A stretch of 64,000 nt of DNA from Bigelowiella natans CCMP2755 (Eukaryota > Protista > Cercozoa): NCBI GenBank assembly GCA_000320545.1, contig ADNK01002660.1, forward strand, positions 1-64,000, in the 5' to 3' direction. Every line of letters begins with the position of its first letter. Position 1 is the stretch's first letter. Below, piece by piece: positions 61,209 to 64,000 of the stretch. Position numbers and translations under genes: made by a program. The notes under the pieces were generated by a model. That model did not search any database. It saw nothing but the letters and a program-made list of their open reading frames with translations, and had not been told where the DNA came from.

Positions 61209-64000
61209 GCGGGTATTAAACAAGCAGCAGGTAGCTATCACAATTGGAATGATTGGAACAGTTGTCGATCGATCGATGCTGATAGTGTTGGTTTGTGAAT
61301 CCAATAACTGCTCAAATCAGGTGCTACGCCGTTACTCTGCAGCTTTGCAAAAGGCCATATTGAAGTCCTGAACCATCTGATTGCGTCGTGCTTCGATGGA
61401 GGTGTAGTAGTATATCTCTACTTGCCACGCGTATTTGGAAAGTGATTCTCATTAGCACGTCTTTTGAACGAGTGCCTCCCCGTCCTCCCCCTCCTCTTCC
61501 TCCTCTTCCTCTCTTCCCCCTCTTCCTCCCCCTCCTTTATCTCATACATCTGATTTCTGATGTTAGGATATAAGCGATACCGTGTCGTTCGGCTGGTGAA
61601 GGAGGTGCGCGCTTTCCTCGTTACCAATCTGAAATCACCACAACAGCAGCAAGAAGAAGAAAATAGATCTCAGCGCCACACCTTCGCAACGATGTTTACC
61701 GCACTCCTCCACCTGCACGCATTGTTGTCGTTACTTGCATCGACTCCGTATGTGTGTGTGTGTGTGGGTGTGTGTGTGTGTGTTTCTCACTACTACTACA
61801 ACCAACCACTACCATTAGTTAAATCCCCAGCGTGAAGGCACTAATAGCAGCACCAAGTCTCCGAGGATGCTGCTATCGAAATCGCCGAGAAAGACACATA
61901 AATCATCGGCCAAGGCGACTCAGAGGCAGGCCAACAGAATAGGGAGGTAGGAAGCACAGCCTGACGAAGAGTTCGTTAAGCTTTTATCACGATTACTTCA
62001 TGCCGGCCATTCTCCCTTGCTAGTCTGCACGTACGTTCCTGCGCGTGTGATTGATTGATATGCTCGTTGTATGCGTCGTGGTGTTTGCGTTGAATATTCT
62101 AGCAAAATATACGATTGGAACTCGTCATCATCGGGAAAACATCGGGCCTCACGGACTCCTCCGGCGTTTCATCTCCGGAAGATCCAAGGAGGTTGCAGCA
62201 CTAAGTGATTATTTTATATTGTCTTGGGGGGGGGGTAGGTAGAACTACGATGCCGGGATAATAATCCTATCGTGTGCATGTAGCTGATTGTTTTCTAACA
62301 CATTTCAAATGCAGTAGCACTTAGAATATTCCTTGCAATCTTCATCAATCCCTCCCCCCCCCTTTTTCATCATTCGTGGCCTCGTTCGTTACATTTCGTT
62401 TGGTTGTTGTGCTGTAGATCTAATCGTATCGAGCAGCTACCTCATCTTCAAAGAGGAAGGTTGACTGCGCCTTGTTGATGATGATGATGACGACGATGAT
62501 TATTCAAACGATTTTCCGATGTGCTCAACCGTTCTTCGGAGCTTACTTGCTCATTCCTGGTGTCATTCTGGCTAAAATTGTAGCGGACAATGTTGGATAC
62601 TCCTGTGCTGTGCTCCTTCAAGACGTCGTGGGTACGGTTATTTGATATAATATATCATCTTGGGGCGCATGTGCATCGTCGTGTAGAGACCGGCATTTTT
62701 ACGAATAAGATACATCTTGGTATTGCTATGATTGTTTCTTGTGGTGTAGTAGTAGTGGTAGTAGCAGTAGTCAAAAGAAGCATTCCTTCAATGAAGCGCA
62801 TACAAGATATAAGTGGATGTTATCTGAAATACAAATAATAATAATAATATTATTACTATTATTAATAATAATAATAATAATAGGCATTCACTTCGATGAG
62901 ATGTCTGGTCTCTTATGCCGTATCATCTGCCAGAAGGTACTAGGCTATTAGAGCTTAGGCTGGGATCCTGGTGATCTTATCGTTGTGCACGTTGTCGTCG
63001 TCATCGTTCCGTTCTTACTCCCCATTTGCCGATGTGTGATCGCCACACAACAGGGCAATACGTTTATCTTTGGGGCTAACGACGTCAAAGCTATCGCCTC
63101 ATCGATATTCCTCGGCACGGGGGCATACCAAAGCTATTGGAAAACGCATGAGGAGGAGATGCAGAGGCGTCACGAGGAGGTGGAGGTAGAAGCGAAGAAG
63201 AAGAAGCAGCAACAAGGTCGTCAGCCAATCAGCTCTCGGAGTCACCACCGAACTTCTGTTTTTCATTTTTATGGAGATCTATTAGTTTCGTTGGCATGGT
63301 TAATGCGTGCCTGTTGTTGGTTTTGCTGTTGTTTTTGCTGCTGCTCCTGCTGCTACTTTGCGCAGGGAAAGGGGCTGCAAAGAGTGATGATGACGATGGT
63401 AATGGTGGTCATGTGAGTTTCCGCTCTATTAAAGCAATCGACATGGCATGGTTGTTGGTTGTTTTCCGTCTGAAGCGATACGCTCAACCACCTTTCTTGA
63501 TTAGAGATGTGATATTTTTTGCGCGTTTTTGTTTTTGTTTTTTTTTTTTATTGCGTATATTTGGTGCACTATCGATGAGAGTTTGGGTCTGATTGATGTT
63601 GCTGTGCATTAATGTTCCTTTGCTTGCCGTCTACCTAGATGCCACGGAAGCTCGTTCTTTCTCAAGGCAAGCGATATAGATATAAATATATGTTATGAAG
63701 GCTTCTTCGTAATATTTCCAATTATAGATAATGCGGCCTACACAGCAGCTATTGAAAATCGCCCAGTTCCCTCAATCTCTTGTGTTATTGCAGTGAAGGA
63801 GGCGTTGGCGAGGAGAGTGCGAGGCAGAACAGTGCCATGAGCGTCAGCGTGCACGATCAGCTCTCCTACCTGCTCGGGGAGAGTGGTGAGGATAAGGACG
63901 GCATCGTCGGTGATGACCTCGATGATGATGGGTAGTACTAGTAGGAGCAGTAGTAATAGTAGTAGTGGCAATAAGACCGGTAGGAGAGGGAGATTAATCA
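55381..64000 (+). CDS. Large multi-exon ankyrin-repeat protein with Pro-rich N-terminus and a possible PH-like domain; continues beyond the window, 5' boundary uncertain
   Basis: Ankyrin exons: DECGRTVMHWAGANN (~59845), CTPLHYATAGGYLKCI (~60495), ADINVRDTNGATPLHWACQRGRLHI (~60830) and ATPLLCSFAKGHIEVL (~61320). Phase-consistent upstream exons carry RLPPAPPR..APPLPKRP and ELPPPPIP. Downstream exons DLIVSSSYLIFKE / VLLQDVV / IHFDEMSGLLCRIICQK / GNTFIFG look beta-sandwich-like. The last visible exon is at ~63793-63931. Confidence 0.72.

Noticed and set aside
63738-63971. 77-aa minus-strand ORF
   Set aside because: Antisense to an AG/GT-bounded plus-strand exon (EGGVGEESARQ..DDLDDDG).

Overview
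Eukaryotic nuclear DNA from an intron-rich protist or alga, with standard genetic code and mostly GT-AG introns. The style resembles a chlorarachniophyte, but the sequence alone cannot establish this. The ORF track is misleading because most genes are spliced. Splicing by hand gives 11 genes: a DOCK-family GEF (+, 5' partial), an intronless DUF2828/TROVE-like vWA gene (-), a ZZ-like/EF-hand gene (+), a PDZ gene (-), a bacterial-like propeller gene with no intron in its coding stretch (+), a GDP-hexose phosphorylase of the GDPGP1/VTC2 family (-), a tandem SET-domain gene (+), a myosin with a calponin-homology tail (-), a roughly 2,350-aa membrane-anchored MICAL-like flavoprotein with WW domains (-), a DHHC palmitoyltransferase (-), and an ankyrin/PH-like gene (+, 3' partial). 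The most striking signal is non-coding. Three 1-2 kb intergenic islands (about 12.0-13.1, 39.9-41.2 and 49.9-51.9 kb) have almost no TpA, and what survives is mostly inside CTAG. CpG is retained and TG/CA is abundant. This looks like a locally targeted TpA->TpG/CpA hypermutation process, the reverse of fungal RIP. One island contains a ~300-bp multi-hairpin element with intact TpA, flanked by a 7-bp direct repeat. Counts are hand counts and family assignments are by motif recognition; no searches were run.
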